64,000 nucleotides of DNA from an uncultured Verrucomicrobiae bacterium (GTDB lineage: Bacteria > Verrucomicrobiota > Verrucomicrobiia > Limisphaerales > Palsa-1400), in assembly GCA_963707025.1 (NCBI GenBank), contig CAVPOM010000011.1:1-64000 (forward strand), read 5' to 3'. Of this stretch, positions 20,419-31,908 are shown piece by piece (the stretch's first letter is position 1; each line of letters starts with the position of its first letter). The position numbers were made by a program, and so were the translations under genes. The notes beneath the pieces are model-generated. The model saw only the letters and a program-made list of their open reading frames with translations, was not told where the DNA came from and did no database searches.

Positions 20419-20560
20419 GGAGCGCCCGCGCCTCGCGGGCAGTGGTCGGCGCCCCCGCCGACCACACAGCCAGACGGAGCCGTTGCGGTTTGAAGCGCTT
20501 GAAACCAAGACTGACCGGCGAGGGCGCCGGTCAGCACACGCGAGGCGCGTATGCTCCCCG
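20419..20560. repeat. About 140-bp REP-doublet element; related copies at 22580-22696 and 25543-25695
   Basis: ggcgcccccgccgaccacacagc...aaaccaagactg.ccggcgagggcgccgg.cagcac shared between 20.4 and 25.6 kb; the right part also occurs at 22.6 kb. Confidence 0.8.
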
Positions 20561-20603
20561 CGCATTCCCCTTCGCAAGCAAGGTTCTTTGCATCCATCAA
20601 ATC

Positions 20604-23105
20604 GGTCAAACCATAACTTTGCCCAAATTGGACTTGAATCACGGCCGTCTTTGCGCAGGAGGGGACAAAGTTATGGTTTGGGCCGTTCGAGGAAAAAGGA
20701 CTTGCAAGTCTGTGGAGAAGGCGGAGAATCACGAAAAAGTCCCACGCTGGTCGTGGGCAAGAATCCAAATCGGAAATGTCAAATAATGCTTCACCACCAT
20801 CGCAGGAGGGTGCCGCCAAATGACGCGTCGGAAATTATCCAGTTGTTGTTTCATTGGTGTAGCGGGGATGATTTTCGCCGCATGAACAGGCGCAGGTATC
20901 GACTGGGTTGCCGCATACCCATAAAGCCTTACACACATTCGGTGTTCAATGACATAACATTTATTGGAGGATTACGATGAACTTTAAAAGGCTTCTTTTT
21001 AGCATCGCTGTTGTGATTTCAACGTATGGATTGCGGGCGCAAAGCGACGATTTATCCAACGAGTGGCACGCAACGATCAAAGTGGTGGACGAGTCTGGTG
21101 TGCCCGTCGGGGGAGCAGATGTAGCCGCTGGTTACTTTGTTGCGCCGCCACCGGGTGAGTCTATCGCAAAAGAAAGCATTGATGGTCTCACCGATTCAAA
21201 CGGCCTTTTTATCGCTTCTCATCGCGATCGTTCGATTACGTTGGGCTTTCGCGCCCACAAAGAGGGATATTATGTGACCCATGTGGATTATCCGCTCGGG
21301 ATGCCTAACGAGTACAATGTTGCCAAGTGGAATCCGAGCTTCACGCTAGTGCTCAAGAAGATCACCGAGCCGATCCCAATGTATGCCAAGAAGATTCTCG
21401 GAGGACCCCCTGTTCAAAATCAGCCTGTTGGCTATGATTTGATGGCTGGTGATTGGGTCGCACCTCAGGGCAAGGGGCAGCACAGCGATATTATTTTTAC
21501 GCAGACTCTCAGCGGAAAGCCCCCGTACGACTATGAATTGAAGTTGACGGTTAGTTTTCCCAATCCAGGCGATGGAATTCAAGAATTCAACGTGCCGCAA
21601 GGACTAAATCCGGGCAGCGGATTGAAATCCCCGCGATTAGCGCCGCTCAACGGCTATCAAGCGCAGATTGTCAGAGAAGCCCGGAATCATCCGGGGGAGG
21701 AGGCCAAGCACTCGGATTACAACGAAAACCGGAATTACTTTTTTCGTGTGCAGACATTTTTGGACCAAAATGGCAACGTCAAAAGCCCACTTTACGGCAA
21801 AATTTATGGGGACTTCGTGCAGTTTTCGTACTATCTGAATCCAACGCCAAATTCGCGCAACATGGAATTTGACCCGAAGCAAAATTTGTTAAAGAGGCTA
21901 AAATCCTTTGAACAAGTCAACTATCCTTGACAAAAAGCGATCAACCAGAGCTGTGAGGAACTGAGCCACGCCAAAGTGGTAATGTCAACGCCCATCACTC
22001 AGAACAATACGCCGAGAACAGGCGAAAGCCGAGTTGCAGGGACAATTCGTTCTCCTGGCCGTCCCCTTCCACCACGTCGCCGCTCCTCAATGCCTGGGAG
22101 GGAAAATGTCGTCCAAATCGTCCAATGTCCAATGGGTCAAACTATAACTTTGCCCAAATTGGACTCTAATCATGGCCGTCTTCGAGCAGGATGGGACAAA
22201 GTTATGGGTGACCCCCTTGCCTGCAAGGCCAGGCGTCGGTCATGAATGGCAGGGCGCGCAGTCCTCTGCGTGCCGGTGTCAGTCCTAACTATTGACACTA
22301 GCGCGTCAAAAGGGTCAAACTATGACTTTGCCCAAATTGGAGTTGAATCATGGCCGTCTTTGAGCAGGATGGGACAAAGTTATGGTGCCGGTGTCAGTCC
22401 TAACTATTGACACTAGCGCGTCAAAAGGGTCAAACCAGAATGGCGCTTAGATAAGGCGTAAATCATTGCGAATCAACGTGATATATGAGTGGTAAAAAAT
22501 CACCAAACGTCAGTCTCGTCAGGCCTCTCTGAGGGAAGCCACCAAAGCGATTTTCGGGCCTTCCCATCACGACTCGAAAGCGCCTCGGCCCCCCCGCCGA
22601 ACACTCTTCGTCCGAGCGGCCCGTATCCAGAGGTTTGAAGCGCAGACTGACAGGCGAGGGCGCCTGTCAGCACACGCGGGGGCGCGTATGCTCCCCATTG
22701 CAAGAGCCGCTTGGGGTGATTATTCGTGCCGGTGTCAGTCCTAACTATTGACACTAGCGCGTCAAAAGGGTCAAACTATAACTTTGCCCAAATTGGAGTT
22801 GAATCATGGCCGTCTTTGAGCAGGATGGGACAAAGTTATGGTGACCCCCTTGCCTGCAAGGCCAGGCGCCGGTCATGGATGGTAGGGCGCGCAGTCCTCT
22901 GCGCGCCGCACGACGGTGGTGCGGCGTTGATTCCAGAGTCCGACGGCGGGCAGCGGAGTGCCCGCCCTACCTTTCCCCGCCCAGCCATTTTTGTTGAATT
23001 TTGGGCGGTGTCTTAATTGGTCTGAGTGGTCAAACCAAACCATAACTTTGCCCAATTTGGAGTTGAATCATGGCCGTCTTTGAGCAGGATGGGACAAGGC
23101 TATAG
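20604..23105. repeat. Cluster of five ~75-bp hairpin units plus three 51-bp B units
   Basis: Unit A GGTCAAACYATAACTTTGCCC...GGACAAAGTTATGG at 20604, 22135, 22313, 22769, 23028; unit B GTGCCGGTGTCAGTCCTAACTATTGACACTAGCGCGTCAAAAGGGTCAAAC at 22270, 22385, 22726. Confidence 0.9.
20977..21930 (+). CDS. Secreted protein with carboxypeptidase-regulatory-like N-terminal domain (lower GC)
   Basis: GGAGG RBS, signal peptide, IKVVDESGVPVGGADV...GLTDSNG...KEGYY; C-terminal YGKIYGDF...YYLNPTPN.RN.EFDP. Confidence 0.8.
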   Translation: MNFKRLLFSIAVVISTYGLRAQSDDLSNEWHATIKVVDESGVPVGGADVAAGYFVAPPPGESIAKESIDGLTDSNGLFIASHRDRSITLGFRAHKEGYYVTHVDYPLGMPNEYNVAKWNPSFTLVLKKITEPIPMYAKKILGGPPVQNQPVGYDLMAGDWVAPQGKGQHSDIIFTQTLSGKPPYDYELKLTVSFPNPGDGIQEFNVPQGLNPGSGLKSPRLAPLNGYQAQIVREARNHPGEEAKHSDYNENRNYFFRVQTFLDQNGNVKSPLYGKIYGDFVQFSYYLNPTPNSRNMEFDPKQNLLKRLKSFEQVNYP

Positions 23106-23142
23106 GGCGTGTTGCCCAAATCGAAATGGAAAAAATTGGTAC

Positions 23143-24915
23143 ATGAAAACCAAATTCGGCCTGTTCTGGATTTGCCTGCCGGGAATGTTGCTCCTGCCCG
23201 CCGGTTTGCGCGCGCAATTCACGTCCACCACCAACAATGGCGCATTTGTGATTACGGGCTATGCGGGTCCGGCCAGCTCGGTGACCATCCCCGGCACGAC
23301 TAACGGATTTCCGGTGATCATCGGTGACAATGCCTTCTTCTATCAAAGCACCTTGACCAATCTGACGATCATGAACGGCGTCCTGGACATAGGCAGCAAT
23401 GCCTTCAGCGGCTGCACCAACCTGACCGGCGTGGCGATTCCCGGCAGCGTCACCAACATCGGCAGCTACGCCTTCAATTACTGCCCCGGCTTGACCAATA
23501 TAACGATCTCGAATGGCGTGGCCAACATCGCCGGGGGCGCATTCGGGCTGACGATGATACGGAGCATCATCGTTCCTGGCAGTGTCACCAACATCGGATC
23601 GAGCGCCTTTGAGTCCTGCTACGAGCTGGCCAGTGTCACGATCTCGAACGGCGTCAAAAGCATCCAGAGCAATGCCTTCTATGGCTGCAACCGGATAACC
23701 AGCGTGTTAATTCCCGGCAGCGCCGCCAGTGTCGGGGTGGGGGCTTTTGAAGACTGCGCGTCCCTGACCAACATTGCGGTGGATGGGTTGAACCCCAATT
23801 ACGCGAGCATGGCGGGAGTTTTGTTTGACAAGACGTTGACCAAGCTGCTGGAGTGGCCTGGCGGCGGCAATGGCGGTCTCAGCTATGTCATCCCCGGCAG
23901 CGTGACGAGCATCGGGGATTCGGCGTTTGAAGTATGCATGCTGACCAACGTGACGATTCCCAACGGCGTGACCAGCCTCGGGGACAGCGCCTTTTCCGGC
24001 TGCACCCAATTGCCCGGCATAGCCATTCCCGGCAGCGTGACGGACATTGGCGACGGGCCATTGAGTTACTGTTTGAAGATGACCAACATCGTCGTGGATC
24101 CGGCCAATCCAAACTACGCCAGCGCGGGTGGTGTGCTGTTTGACAAAGCGTTTCGCACCTTGATCCGGTATCCCGCGGGCAACACCGGGAGCTATGCCAT
24201 TTCCAACAGCGTGGTGAACATCGCGAGCGAGGCCTTCGAGTCCGGCAACTTGACGGCCGTGACGATTCCCGAGAGCGTGACCAACATCGGGGATTGGGCG
24301 TTCGCATATTCCTCGCTGACAGACATGACTATCCCCGGCAGCATCGGGAACATCGGGAGCAACGTGTTCTTGAACTGCAATTATTTGACCAACGTGACGA
24401 TCCTGGATGGCGTGACCAATATTGGTAGTTGGGCGTTTTACGCTTGTCAGGGCCTGAACACCGTGACCATCCCCGCCAGCGTCCAAAGCATAGGCGTTTT
24501 TGCATTCGACAACTGCCCCAGCTTGAGGAACGTCTATTGCCTGGGCAATGCGCCGACAGTGGTTACGACTCCTTTCGCCGGAAGCAGTTGGGTCTTCAAC
24601 GAAGACCCCGGGACAGTCAATTACCTGCCGGGCACCACTGGCTGGACCACTAACTTTGGCGGCATGCCCACAGCCGTGTGGAATCCCAAAGTAGAAACCG
24701 ACAATGCCAGCTTTGGCATGAAGACGAATCAATTTGGATTTAACATCATCTGGGCCGGCGGGCGGACGGTGGTGGTGGAAGCCTGCACGGATCTTGGCCA
24801 CCCCGATTGGCAGCCGTTGCAAACCAACACGCTCACCGGCGGCACGGTTTATTTCAGTGATTCACAGTGCATCAATTATCCCGTCCGTTTCTACCGTCTC
24901 CGCTTGCCGCAATAG
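23143..24915 (+). CDS. BspA-type leucine-rich repeat (LRR_5) surface protein
   Basis: Signal peptide; many VTIPGSVTNIGxxAFxxCxxL repeats; C-terminal FSD...RFYRL tail. Confidence 0.92.
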   Translation: MKTKFGLFWICLPGMLLLPAGLRAQFTSTTNNGAFVITGYAGPASSVTIPGTTNGFPVIIGDNAFFYQSTLTNLTIMNGVLDIGSNAFSGCTNLTGVAIPGSVTNIGSYAFNYCPGLTNITISNGVANIAGGAFGLTMIRSIIVPGSVTNIGSSAFESCYELASVTISNGVKSIQSNAFYGCNRITSVLIPGSAASVGVGAFEDCASLTNIAVDGLNPNYASMAGVLFDKTLTKLLEWPGGGNGGLSYVIPGSVTSIGDSAFEVCMLTNVTIPNGVTSLGDSAFSGCTQLPGIAIPGSVTDIGDGPLSYCLKMTNIVVDPANPNYASAGGVLFDKAFRTLIRYPAGNTGSYAISNSVVNIASEAFESGNLTAVTIPESVTNIGDWAFAYSSLTDMTIPGSIGNIGSNVFLNCNYLTNVTILDGVTNIGSWAFYACQGLNTVTIPASVQSIGVFAFDNCPSLRNVYCLGNAPTVVTTPFAGSSWVFNEDPGTVNYLPGTTGWTTNFGGMPTAVWNPKVETDNASFGMKTNQFGFNIIWAGGRTVVVEACTDLGHPDWQPLQTNTLTGGTVYFSDSQCINYPVRFYRLRLPQ

Positions 24916-24940
24916 ATTCAAATTGGCAGGATAACAATAT

Positions 24941-25534
24941 ATGAAACTGGCTAAGCTGCAAGAAACCAAGTCAACGATTCGCTTCAGTGCCAAGTTGTTT
25001 CGGCCCAGGGCAACCGAAAAGACTGGATCGTGGAGCCTTCTAACTCTGCCCAAGAACGCGAGTGCGAAGCTTCCATCACGAGGTATGACGATGGTTGAGG
25101 GAACCATCAATGGCTTGCCTTTTCGAGCCGCTCTCGAAGCAAACGGCAAAGGAAGCCACTGGCTCAGGGTGAACAAAGCCATGCACGAGGCCGCAGGGGC
25201 CGAGGCTGGAGACACGGTAACGGTGGAGATTACGCGGGCCGGAGAAGAACCGGAGATGAGGGTGCCAATGGATCTACGCAAAGCTCTTGCCACTGTCCCG
25301 CTGGCGCAGGCATCGTGGGCGGATATCACACCCATCGCGCGCCGGGACTGGATTTTCTCAATAAGCACAGCCAAGCAACCGGAAACGCGCCAGCGCCGGA
25401 TCGAAAAAGCTTGCGACATGCTGGCCTCTGGCAAGCGACGATTATGTTGTTTTCCCGGCATAAAGTGGCTGATGAAAGACCACGCAAAATCATGCGGAAT
25501 ATGGCTTCCGTTGCCGAACTCAAAAAATCTTTGA
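24941..25534 (+). CDS. DUF1905 plus YdeI/OmpD-associated domain protein
   Basis: VEGTING..F...GKGSHWL...AGDTVTVEI; VPMDLRKAL...AKQPETRQRRIEKA. Confidence 0.85.
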   Translation: MKLAKLQETKSTIRFSAKLFRPRATEKTGSWSLLTLPKNASAKLPSRGMTMVEGTINGLPFRAALEANGKGSHWLRVNKAMHEAAGAEAGDTVTVEITRAGEEPEMRVPMDLRKALATVPLAQASWADITPIARRDWIFSISTAKQPETRQRRIEKACDMLASGKRRLCCFPGIKWLMKDHAKSCGIWLPLPNSKNL

Positions 25535-25813
25535 TAAGGGGCGGAGCGGCAGCGCCTCGGAGGCAGTGGTTGGCGCCCCCGCCGACCACACAGCGAGGCG
25601 CAGCCGTTGCGGTCTGAGGCGCTTAAAACCAAGACTGGCCGGCGAGGGCGCCGGCCAGCACATCCCGATTCGGAATCGGGACGCATGCCCTCCCCGCGCA
25701 TTCGCCTTCGCCAAAACAGTGCCGAGATGCGCCCATTCTCCGTTTTTGTTGAATTTTGCAACTTGAACGTTGCGGTTTACCGTCTAACCTAGAGTGTGCG
25801 CCGCGCACGCCTC

Positions 25814-28800
25814 ATGCCGCAAAACGAGAATGATACGCTGGTGGATTTGCCCGAAGGGTTGCGCCTGGCAGTTTGAAAAGGTCGAGCAACGCCTCTGGCG
25901 GGTGGAGACCACGACGGCGGTGTGCTGTGTCGCGGCCAGCCTCATTTTTTCCTTGCTCGCCGTTTTTCTGTCCGACCGGCTTTGGGAAACACCGGTCTGG
26001 CTGCGGGTCTTGATTTTCCTGGGCGGACTGGGCGGAGCCACGGCGGCCCTGCTGGGCTGGGCGCACCATTGGGTTTGGCGCCGCCGCGACATGCAGGCGC
26101 TGGCCGCGCTGGTGCAAAGGAAATACCGGCGGCTGGGCGACCGCCTGCTCGGCATCGTGGAGTTGGCCAAGGAAACCCGGCATCTGCCCAATTTCTCCCC
26201 CGCCCTCTATCACGCCGCCATCGGCCAGGTGGCCGAGCAGGCGCAAAATTTCGATTTCCAGCAAAGCGTCAACGCAAGGCCGGCCAAAAACCTCGGCTGG
26301 ACGGCGGCGGCTTTGGCGCTCTTGCTGCTCGCCTCCTCCCTGGCGCTGCCCCAGGCCAGTTGGAACGCCTTGGCGCGCTGGATCAAGCCGGCCGCAGACG
26401 TGCCGCGCTACACCCTGGTCGTCCTGGACGGCTTTGAGCAGAAGCTGATCGTGCCGCACGGGGAGCCGTTCGAGATTTCCGGCACGGTGCGCTACCGCTC
26501 CTTTTGGAAACCGTCCCAAGTTTTTGGCTGGCTCGGGCGCCAGCCCAAAATCCAATCCACCGTGCAGTCGGGCCGGGTCCGCCTGCAAATTCCGGGCCAG
26601 GTGGAGAACGGCGTTTTGAAGGTGCAGGTGGGCGACGCGCTGGCGCAGGTGACCATCCTGCCCAATCACCGGCCTTCCTTGCAGCAGCTTGCCGCCTCGG
26701 TTCACCTGCCCGACTATTTGCGGTATCCCGACCAGACCGAGCCGGTGCAGAGCGGGACTTTTCGGGCGCTGGAGGGGAGCCGGGTCGGTTTTGTCGGAAC
26801 GGTCAGCCGTCCGCTGGCCGCGGCCTCCATGCAAGGCGGCGACCAAAGCCCGGCGGCGCTCAAAGTGCAAGGCCCGACTTTTTCGAGCGAGCCGGCCGAA
26901 ACGGAGGGGGCGGGCGAGCTGGTTTTCAATTGGCGCGACCAATTGGGTCTGACCAACGCCGCGCCCTGGCGGCTGGCCCTGCAGCCGGAAAGCGACCACC
27001 CGCCCCTGCCCGACCTGCCCGACCAGCCGCGGGCGACGGCCATGTTGGACACCGACGTGATGCACATTCGCGCCCAGGCCCAGGATGATTTCGGCGTGCG
27101 CGCTCTCGGTTTGGTCTGGGCGGTGGTGGCCGATGCCGGGGCGGCCGACACCATGTCAACGGAGATCAAGGCGGAAATGACTTCCGCCCAGGAGAAAAAG
27201 GTGGAGGAGGTTTTTCTGTGGAGTCCCACACTCTATCGCATCCCGGCGGACTCCACCGTGGAATTGCAGGGCTTTGCCCGCGATTATTTTCCCAAACGCG
27301 AGCGCGCCCGCACCGCCTCTTATCTCATCCGCGTGCTCAGCCCGGAAGCCCACGCCGAAATGTTGCGCCAGAACCTGGAGGCGCTCATGGCCCAGATTGA
27401 GGACGTTACCCGGCTTCAGGAAAAAATCGTGTCGGACACGCGCGAGGTCGAGGAGTCCTCCCACGATCTGCCCGGCGCGCCACAATTTGCCCGCCTCACC
27501 CAGAGCAAGGAAGAGCAACTGCAAAATGCCCAGCGCCTGGCGGAATTGAGCCGCCAGGGCCAAAACACCGTGCGCGAAGCCATGAAGAACGCCCTGATTC
27601 CCGAAGACACCATCCGGCAGTGGAGCCAGACATTGCAGCAGTGGCAAAAGTTGTCCGAGGACAAGATGCAGGAGGCGGCCCGGGCCATGCAGGCCGCCGC
27701 GCAGGATGCCAAGGCCGCGCCCCAGTCGCAAAGCTCTCCATCGCAGGCGCAGAATTCTCAATCGCAGCAGTCCCAGAACTCCCCATCGCAGCCAGCGCAG
27801 AATTCCCAATCGCAACAGTCGCAAAATTCCCCATCGCAACAACAGAATTCGCAATCCCAGCAATCCCAGAATTCCCAGAACTCCCAATCCCAGCCGCAGA
27901 ATGCCAGGGCGCAGGAGGAGGACGCCAAACGGCTGGAGCAGGAGCTGGCGGAGGCGGAGAAACGCGCCGAGGAAGTCCTGGAAGCTCTTCAGAAAATGGA
28001 GCAAAACGCCAACAAAAACCTGGACCAGTTGCAGGCCCTCACCCTGGCCCAACGCCTGCGCCGGGTCGGCGACGAGGAACAAGGTTTGGGCGGGCAGTTG
28101 ACCACCAACCTGACCGACACCATCGGCCTGCCGCCCCAGGATTTGCCCGAACAATTCAAACGGCTCAACACCAGCTTCGTCAAACGCCAGGGCGGCGCCC
28201 ATGATGAATCGGCCGCCTTGCAGGCTGAAATCAGCCGCTTTTTTGAGCGCACCCAAAAACCCAATTACGGCAAGGTCAGCCAGGACATGAAGGATTCCCA
28301 CGCCTCCGATGAGCTGGACCGGATGGGCGGCCTGATCCAAAGCAACATCACCATCCAAACCTCGTTGGACCTGACCAACTGGTCCGGACGTTTTCAGAAA
28401 TGGGCCGACGACCTCCAACCCAAGGAGCAGGCCGGCCAGGGCGGCAACGGCCAAGGCCCGCCGCCGCTGGATCTGACCAAACAGTTGATCGCCCTGCTGC
28501 GCCTGCGGGAAAGGGAATCCAACCTGCGCGACCAAACCGGCGTGCTGGAATGGAGCAAGGAGACCACCCCCGACTACAAGGAGCAGGCCGGTTCACTCGC
28601 CGCCACCCAGGGCAACCTGGGCCAGGCCCTGGACCTCATCCACCAAGCCACCCCGGTCCCGGCCTTTAACCCGCCCTTTGCGCAAGTGGCCTCCGCCATG
28701 CAGGAGGCCCAGGGGCTTTTGGCCAAACCTCAGACCGACGCCGTGACCGACGGCACCGAGGCTAGGTCCGTGGATGCGCTTTCCGATCTGATCAACCTCA

Positions 28801-29144
28801 TCAATGAAGCCGCCCAACGCGCCCAACAACAGCAGGGACAACAGCAGGACCAAGGCGGCGGCAACAGCGCCGAAGAAATGGCTTTTCTGACCCGCATGAT
28901 GCGCAGCAGCAACCCGAACGGTCCGCCCGGCCTGCAACCGCCGGGGCCGGGCGGCAACGGCGGCGGCAACCTGTCCGGCGGAACGACCGACCAGGCGGGC
29001 CACCCCATCGGCGGCGACGCGGCGGGCCGAGGCGCGGCCGGGCGCAACGTCCTCAAAGCGGCGGGCGTCATCCAGAATTCCCCCGCCGAATTCCGCGACG
29101 CCCTGGAGAACTACTTCCACAACGTCGAAAAACCCAACCCCTGA
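25814..29144 (+). CDS. Large membrane-anchored coiled-coil protein (DUF4175-like); indel near 25866
   Basis: Three N-terminal hydrophobic helices, AQDDFGV motif, Gln/Ser/Asn tract 27721-27900, C-terminal PAEFRDALENYF. Confidence 0.75.
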
Positions 29145-29226
29145 CCGCCGTGGCGCAAATGTGAAAGTGAGGTTGAAGAAATGTGGTTTCAACGTAGGTT
29201 AAGCTTTGCGCGCTGAGAATTGAATC

Positions 29227-30214
29227 TTGAACTTTAAACCCGCCATGCTCCTGGCCCTGGCGTGCCTGGCCCCCGCCGGCGCGCGCGGACAATTAACTTT
29301 CACCGGCTCGGCCGAGATTTTGCCCGAACAGGTGGACCGCATGTACCTCAAAGGCATGGATTACCTGGTCCGCACCCAGGCGGCCGCGGGCAATTGGCCG
29401 GATGCAACCAGCGGGCCTGCGGCCATCGCCGGCCTGGCGGTGGTCAGCCTGCTGGCGCACGGGGATGACCCCAACTTCGGCCCTTACGCCCACGCCATCC
29501 ATAGCGGGGTGGATTATCTATTGAAGCACCAGGATCAAAAGACCGGCTACATCGGCCCGAAGCATGTACAATCACGGCTTCGCCACTTTGGCCCTGGCGG
29601 AATCTTACGGCGCGGTCAACGACGAGCGGCTGGGGCCGGCATTGCAGAAGGCCGTCCGGCTCATCCTCAACGCCCAGGAGGCCAGCGGCGCCAAGGCTTG
29701 GCGATATATGCCCGACTCGCGGGACGCCGACACCACCGTCAGCGGCGCCCAAATGGTGGCGCTCATGGCGGCGCGCAATGCCGGGATTCCGGTTCCGGAA
29801 AAGAGCATCCAGGACGGCCTGCACTTCTATTTCTCCTGCCAGACTCCGGATGGGGGCATCGGCTATGTCTCGGCCCAAGGCCCCAACGCCACCCGGACCG
29901 CCATCGGCTGCCTGGTCATGGCGCTGGCCAAGGAAAAAAACTCGACGGCCTTTCAGTCCGCCTTCCAGTTTCTGAGGAACGCGGGCAACGACATGCAATA
30001 TCCGGCCTATTTTCGCTACTACGCTTCCCAGGCCTTCTTTCACGCCTCGCCGGAAATGTGGAACAATTGGAATCACGACAACATCAAAAACCTGCGGGCC
30101 AGCCAAAACACCGATGGGAGCTGGGACGGGCCGATCGGGAGCACTTTTAACACCGCCGGTTCGCTCCTCTCCCTGGCGCTGAATTATCGCTACCTGCCCA
30201 TCTATGAGCGCTGA
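29227..30214 (+). CDS. Prenyltransferase/squalene-oxidase repeat protein (frameshift near 29560)
   Basis: MYNHGFATLALAE, ADTTVSGAQMVAL, QTPDGG, QNTDGSW, ALNYRYLPIYER. Confidence 0.85.
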
Positions 30215-31748
30215 CCCGTCCTCCGCTTTTCTCCTGGCGCTGTGCTGCTGGCTGGCGGCGCCGGCCGATCCCGCGGCCGCCGCGGCGGTGGCGGCGGCGG
30301 CGCCGGCCACGGATGATCTGTTGCAATTCCTCGACGGGGCGGTTCTGCACGGGGCTTTGCAAAGCGTGGATGCCGCGCGCGGGCTGCGCTGGCAGCATCC
30401 GGATGCGAAAACCCCGTTTGATCTAATGCCCGCGCATGTGGATTTCGTGCGCTTCCCCCAGGCCAAATCGCTGGCCCTGACCCCCTCCTGCCATATTCGC
30501 TTCGCCGGCGGCGATGATTTGTTCGGTTCTCTCCTCTCCCTGGATGGCCAGACCATGCAATTCAACACCTGGTTTGGCGGCACGCTGAACATCCCGCGCG
30601 CGGCCATCCAAACCATCACCTTTTTGCCGAAAAACTATGCCATTGTTTATGAAGGGCCGGCCGATGCCTCCGAGTGGACGATCTCGGCCGCACGGCAAAA
30701 TGTCCGCCTCGGCGGCATGAACGGGCGCATGCTCAACGGCAACATCGTCATCCTGGGTGGCGGCCAGTTGGTCATCGGCGGGAACACCTTCACCTCCTCC
30801 CAACCCGGCCCGCCCACCTGGACTTATCGGGACGGATGTTTTCTCACCGCCGGGGCGGCCGTGCTGGGCCGCGATTTCAACCTGACCGGCTCTTCCACCC
30901 TGGAATTCGATCTGGCCTGCGAGGGCGGTTTTAGTCTGACCCTGGGCCTCTACAGCGCGACGCTCGACCGGGTGGACACGCAGTATGCCCTCCCGCGCGG
31001 CGGAATTGGTGTCAACAATAACTCAATCGTGCTGGAACTGGACAACTCCCGGGTTGCCCTGCTCCGGGCCGGCCGGGGTTGGGACCCCAATGCGCCGCCC
31101 AATGGGATGCTGACGAATTTTGACACGCACGGCAAACCGGCGCGCGTCACCCTCAATTGCAACAAGGAAGAAGGCAGCCTGACCGTGCTGGTGGACGGCG
31201 CGGAGATCCGGCGCTGGACGGACATTGGCAATTTCAGCGACTTTGGCACCGGCTTTGTCGTGCAAAACCAGCCCACCGGCGCCACGGTCAAGTTGAGCCA
31301 TTTCAAAATCAGCCGGTGGGAGGGCCGGTATGAACCGGCCATCGCCGCCGCCGGCGCGACCAATGCCGACTTGGTTTCCTTCATCAACCGCGACAAGGCC
31401 GGCGGAAAAATCCAGGGCATTGCCGGCGGGAAGCTGGACGTGGACCTGGGCGGCAACGTCCTGCACATTCCCTGCGAGCGGGTGCGGCGGATTGATTTCG
31501 CCCAGTCCAGCGCGGTGGCCGAACCGCGCGGCCCGTGGGAGGTTCGCGCCGTCTTCCCTGGCGGCGGCAGTGTTTCCTTCCAATTGGAAAAGTGGGACGA
31601 CACCGCCATTGCCGGCCACAGCGCCCTGTTCGGGGCCGTGGCCTTCCAACCCGGCTCCATCCGCCAAATGGAGTTTAATCTGGACCGGCTCAGAACCGGA
31701 CCCGCCGCCGCCTTCCCGGAGAATGAATTCGATGCGCTGGACCAATAA
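30204..31748 (+). CDS. Secreted beta-rich hypothetical protein
   Basis: Signal peptide; DLLQFLDG..LHG.L, WTYRDG motifs; paralogous to the next gene. Confidence 0.7.
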   Translation: MSADPSSAFLLALCCWLAAPADPAAAAAVAAAAPATDDLLQFLDGAVLHGALQSVDAARGLRWQHPDAKTPFDLMPAHVDFVRFPQAKSLALTPSCHIRFAGGDDLFGSLLSLDGQTMQFNTWFGGTLNIPRAAIQTITFLPKNYAIVYEGPADASEWTISAARQNVRLGGMNGRMLNGNIVILGGGQLVIGGNTFTSSQPGPPTWTYRDGCFLTAGAAVLGRDFNLTGSSTLEFDLACEGGFSLTLGLYSATLDRVDTQYALPRGGIGVNNNSIVLELDNSRVALLRAGRGWDPNAPPNGMLTNFDTHGKPARVTLNCNKEEGSLTVLVDGAEIRRWTDIGNFSDFGTGFVVQNQPTGATVKLSHFKISRWEGRYEPAIAAAGATNADLVSFINRDKAGGKIQGIAGGKLDVDLGGNVLHIPCERVRRIDFAQSSAVAEPRGPWEVRAVFPGGGSVSFQLEKWDDTAIAGHSALFGAVAFQPGSIRQMEFNLDRLRTGPAAAFPENEFDALDQ

Positions 31749-31841
31749 CCCGGACATTTCAGGACCGCGCCCAAATCCGGCGGGTGGCAACGGCGGCCTG
31801 ATGCTGTCAAACGCAGTTTTTTTACAGAAGGGCAGGTCTTG

Positions 31842-31895
31842 CGCCGGGCCAGTGGCCCGGCGGGACGGGTCCCGACTGCATCGGGATTCCACCCA
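31842..31895. repeat. 54-bp dispersed double-hairpin repeat; second copy at 59204-59257
   Basis: cgccgggccagtggcccggcggg.cgggtcccgactgcatcgggattccaccca at both sites. Confidence 0.85.
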
Positions 31896-31908
31896 TGAAC
31901 TGGGGAAG

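Noticed and set aside
19962..20940. ORFs across 20.0-20.9 kb (similarly 7.6-8.5, 48.2-48.9, 59.2-59.75 kb)
   Set aside because: They translate REP and simple-repeat DNA and show no protein-like features, apart from the short tail noted at 20920-20980.
22134..23105. CRISPR array or integron attC array
   Set aside because: Units are 51-75 bp, abut each other or are irregularly spaced, have no unique 30-40-bp spacers, no cas or intI nearby, and no RYYYAAC/GTTRRRY ends.
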